DNA of 52,243 nucleotides, filler included, from Basidioascus undulatus (taxonomy: Eukaryota), in NCBI GenBank assembly GCA_000826855.1. It is 3 parts of 3 records of this genome, joined end to end, with 100 filler letters (N's around TTAATTAATTAA, not from the genome) between each part and the next. Parts side by side here need not be neighbours in the genome. Positions count along the whole stretch, not along the records: positions 34,889 to 52,243 come from JTLS01000537.1; 2 more parts are not named here. One strand, written 5' to 3'. Below are positions 48,401 through 52,243 of the stretch, piece after piece. The notes beneath the pieces are model-generated. The model saw nothing but the letters and a program-made list of their open reading frames with translations. It did no database searches and was not told the origin of the DNA. Position numbers and translations under genes: made by a program. Every line of letters starts with the position of its first letter. Position 1 is the first letter of the stretch.

Positions 48401-49423
48401 CTGCGCAGAGCGTTGATGGCGCTGCAGGTCGGTGGCGCAGCGGAGCCGGCAGTGAGCGAGGAGCTCGGCGCAGTGGCGTCGGGCGTGAGCGAGGAGCTCG
48501 AAACGGACGCATCGGCTGCGCTCGCGTCCTTGAAGGCTAGGGCGGCGTACTGGGACGCGCTATCCTTTGCGGATGCATGCGTTTACCCGGGTCTAGCGCG
48601 CACGGTCGAGGTGCGTGTTCCACCGGCACAAAGCCGAGGAGCGTATCGGCTGACGCGCGCTTCGATAGGCACTCGAGCCAGAGCATTCAGCGCCCTCTTC
48701 AAACGACATTGTCGGCTACGCCCATCTCGTCAAACCCTATCCTGGCCCGCCCGCGGCCGGCCTGGCGCAGTTCGGGCGCGAACAGGAGATGGGGGACGAA
48801 ATTGTTTGCCGCGCGAGGGAGCGGTTGGGTGGAAAGCATGTGGGCAGGGAGGTTCGGGTGTTGGAACTCGCTGCAGACCGGTGCGTTGCTGCTTGCATTC
48901 GCTCGTTGTTCGCAAGCTGGAAGCTGACAAGTTCATAGCACGAGCAGCGCACAATACATCGAGAACAGCCTCTCTTTCTTCGCCAACCTCCTGCCACTCT
49001 CGGCGCCCCTACTCCCGCACCCTTCGCTCTTCACCGACTACGCTCCCTGGATCAGGCACATGGTGCTCGTCGATGACCTCTACGCCGTCGCCGCTACCGC
49101 CGTCGCCGCGGCGGGCGGGCGGGCGACCCGCACCTCAGCGGCGGCGAGGATGGGGATATACTATCGCTATATCGATGAGGATGAGCGCGTGCTGGAAGGG
49201 ATGAGGAAGAGCGGGTGGGAGGGTGTTCAGGTGCGCACGGGTTTCGCCTTCGGCACTGTCGCGCTGCGATGCGACACTGACTGGCGAGCGGGGACAGTGC
49301 GAGTTGAGGATGCAGGCGGCAGGAAAGGGCGCTGAGAAGGTGGGGGAGAGGGCAGTGGAAGGCCAGAGCGTGATGGAAGAGAATGGCGCTTCAGCACCGG
49401 TGGAAGAGCAGCGCAGCGTGTGA
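45427..49423 (+). CDS. ELG1: Elg1/ATAD5 alternative RFC large subunit (PCNA unloader), AAA+
   Basis: YADRFRPTRADEVLGN, Walker A GPSGTGKT, AAELGWDVFEVNPG..RSGK, ILLEECDVLFEEDKGFW, SKRPVVLTCN, GDLRRAL; long disordered N-terminus; last exon inferred. Confidence 0.9.
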
Positions 49424-50267
49424 ACGGAGGAGGTTGCATCTTGAAGCGCGCACACACAGTACCTTTATTTCGCGATACACACGAATCCATACCCATCATC
49501 GCATCTTGTTCTCAACTGTGGCGAGTTGGGAGATGTGCACGCTGTGCAATCGTCTGTTGGCAGACATCGCGACAGAGGATCGCTCCGAAACGCACAACGC
49601 TGTCGGTCAGTGTCAGGCTGACGTTCAATTGCAACCTCGTCCTGAAGGTGCTCGCTACGCAGGTCTCGTTGTTCCGACTGATTGTGCACAAATGTTCCAG
49701 CTAGACGTTCGTTCGGCACAAATCATCAAGCGAGCCTGCAATTAACGCATCCGCGCTCAACGAAGTCTGAACAGCGCGCCCCTAGGTGGCCAATGTGATT
49801 GTCCTCATAGCAGACGTGTCGGAAAAATACAAACGTATGTGCTATGGTACACTCTGGGAGCTGTATGGGACTGAGGGAAGGAAAGGGAGGGCAGACCAGC
49901 ATGGATGTGAGGCATGAACTAGATAGAACAGGGAGAAGCGAGCTCGGGGGAACTATGTGTGTGCCAGAATCAGAAGAACGATAATTAAGTGAAGAGCATC
50001 GGCAGTGCGTGGGTATGGGAAAATGGGAATCTGGAAGCGCGTGTGGGAATAGTCTGTGGTGATGATCGTTGCGTGCATGGGTGCGGGAAACAGACGAACA
50101 AAACGAACGGATGGAACGATAGCGGAACGAAACGAAGGAGTGTGTGAAGGATTGAGACGGGAAGAAGAAGAGGCATGGATCGAAAACGATGCAAGTAATG
50201 AAAAGGAAGTGTGCATGGTGCCGTGCGGGTTGCGTGTGTGGATGAATGCGCGAGGCGGAATGTGGAA

Positions 50268-52243
50268 TCAGGTCTGCACCCACTCGGCCGAGCGGGTGGC
50301 GAGCGCGATGGAGTTGTCCGCGCGCCAGAAGAGGCGCTCGACGGGCGTCCGGCCCGTCCAGGACTTTTGGTCGCGGAGGATCATGGCCTGTCCGCACGTA
50401 CACCCATCAGCCACCGGCGGGAAGAAGGGAAGGAAAGAGGGAAAACGCACCTGCTGCGCTCCAAAGTTCCTGTACTCGCGATCAAACGAGTCGCGGTGCT
50501 CCTCCAGCGCCTCGAGGAAGACGTCGAGGTCCTGCAAGACGGCCTCGAGCGCCTCAAGCGTCGCCTGGTTCGCGAGCTCCCTCCTCGTCGCCGTCCTCCC
50601 CCCTCCGCTCCCTGCCCCACCCCCGCCCGAAGCAAGGTTCGCGATCGCCATGCGGATACAGCGCTGTGTCTCCGCCAGGAGGCGCTGCGCCTGAATGTGG
50701 TTCCGCCGGCTCACGAGCAGCAGCGCGCGCGTCGTCATGTCGCTCGCGAGGAGCTCCATCCGCCGGCGAATGACGGACGGGTCGGGCGCGCCTTGCGAGG
50801 GCGACGCGCCGGACGTGTGCGGGTTCGGCGGGGGGTGGATCGTGAGCGTGAGGAGGATCGGGTGGAGAAGGCGCGTTACGCTCTTGGCTGCTGCGGGGTC
50901 GTGGAAGGACGCGTCGACTTCGAAGAGGACGGCCTGCATCCGACAACCCGGTCAGTCAGCAGGTGCAAACGAGGGAAAGAGAAGCAGAATCATCCCACGC
51001 ACCTCGTCGATCATCTCCTCATACGCATCGACCAGCCTCGACACGGGATCATGGATCGCCATTCCCGCCAAGCCCTCCTCGATCCCGTCGCTCGCCTCGC
51101 TGCCCGCCCTGCCCGCGCCCGCGCCAGCCATCTCGAGCTCGACGAGCAGCTCGCAGCGCTCGCCGAAGCGGAGCTCGCCGAGGTCGATGTGCACGTCGCG
51201 CCCGTCCGCGCTCACGATCGCCGCCGTGGACGGGGAGACCTTGCGCATGCGGAAGCGCGGGAGGTCGAGCACGGAGAGGTGCAGCTTCACGTTGGACAAA
51301 GCGATGGACAGCAGGCCGCCGACTGCGCCGGCGAGACAGTCCCGCAGGTGGTAGAACTCCTTCACGAACGTGTAGGTCCCCGCCGTGGCAGCTGCGAAAC
51401 CCCGGCCCCTCATGCGTAAGATACTTGCTTTGCCGGAGAGGAGATGGGCAGAGGCGAGGGAATCTAACGCACAGGAAATGAGCCAGAGCGAGCTGGGGTC
51501 GTGCACGCGCGAGTAGCCAAACGAGTGGATGGGCACGTTCGCCGCCTCTGCGCGGGCGAGGACGAGGTCCATCTGTGCGCGCCGGGTCGAGTCCGCCGTG
51601 TCCGAGACGAGGAGCGCGCCGGTGAGCGGGTTCTTGGTCTTGCGCTGGAGGAGGGTGTCGAGGGCTGTTTCTTCCCAAATCGTCAGTCCGAATACTTCCT
51701 GGAGCGATGGTGAAACAAGGGGGAAGGAGAGGAGAGACGCACCAGCATTGACGGCCGTTATCACGTCCGTCTTCTCGTCCAAGCGCACCTGGACCTCATA
51801 CGGGTCCGGCGCGCCGTCCTGGCTGAAGCGGGTCTCCTCCCACGGCACGCCCAAGCTTTCGACCATCTTTTCCATCCTCCTCCTCCCCGTCTTCGTCCCC
51901 ACAGCCAAGAACGGCGTCTTGCGCACCTGCCCGCCGAGGCCGGGCGAGAACGTGACGACGCTCATGCGGTCGCGCGGGCCGAGGTGGGCGAGGACGAACT
52001 CGAGCGAGGAGCGGAGGAGGCGGAGCTTGAATGCCGGGGAGCTCGACGCTGGGGGCAGGGAGAGGATGAGGATCAGATCGACGGGCGTGTGCGGCACGAG
52101 CACCCCGTCCGAGATCGGCGTCGGCGGCCCGGCCGACCACGGACCCTTGATCGTCTTGATCGTGCGCGCGTCGTGCGCGAAGTCGGAAGAGCGGAAGGAG
52201 GACGGCGCGGTGGATGCGGACGTGCGGGAGGAGACGGTCGACG
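50268..52243 (-). CDS. vWA-domain protein, 3' part (resembles fungal RING/PH/vWA, Far1/Ste5-like scaffolds); 5' end outside window
   Basis: PVDLILILS..LRSSLEFVLAHLGPRDRMSVVTF, ALLVSD, PIHSFGY, GTYTFVKEFYHLRDCLAG, LGELRFGE, FGAQQ|AMILRDQKSWTGRT; RING/PH not visible here. Confidence 0.85.

Noticed and set aside
1..52243. Transposable elements
   Set aside because: No transposase, reverse transcriptase, integrase, LTR or terminal inverted repeat recognised by eye; small non-autonomous elements cannot be excluded.

Overview
Eukaryotic, intron-rich fungal DNA, most likely a basidiomycete (short GT-AG introns with CTRAY/TACTAAC branch points; very GC-rich conserved coding exons). The window is three contigs joined by two artificial 100-nt spacers (N44-TTAATTAATTAA-N44), so adjacency across 17345-17444 and 34789-34888 is not proven. 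Apparently intact genes: MBOAT lysophospholipid acyltransferase (ALE1-like), RPL18, a WRN-like DEDDy 3'-5' exonuclease, a RING+RRM protein, a GT32 MIPC synthase (SUR1/CSH1-like), ELG1/ATAD5, the 3' part of a vWA-domain gene, a CYSTM-like peptide gene, a small secreted KEX2-type precursor, tRNA-Ala(CGC) and tRNA-Leu(AAG). A Zn2Cys6 transcription factor is intact except for one non-canonical donor. Between these lie many decayed lineage-specific genes (three MYND-finger paralogs, a tandem pair of unknown paralogs, F-box and DUF6593-like relics). Most unusual: a secreted Lys/Asp/Glu-only protein gene built from phase-0 micro-exons whose middle ~560 bp is inverted; PAM2-like motifs on both the RING-RRM protein and the exonuclease; and a secreted protein with a GDGGYINWA motif. 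All gene models were spliced by eye and no database searches were run.
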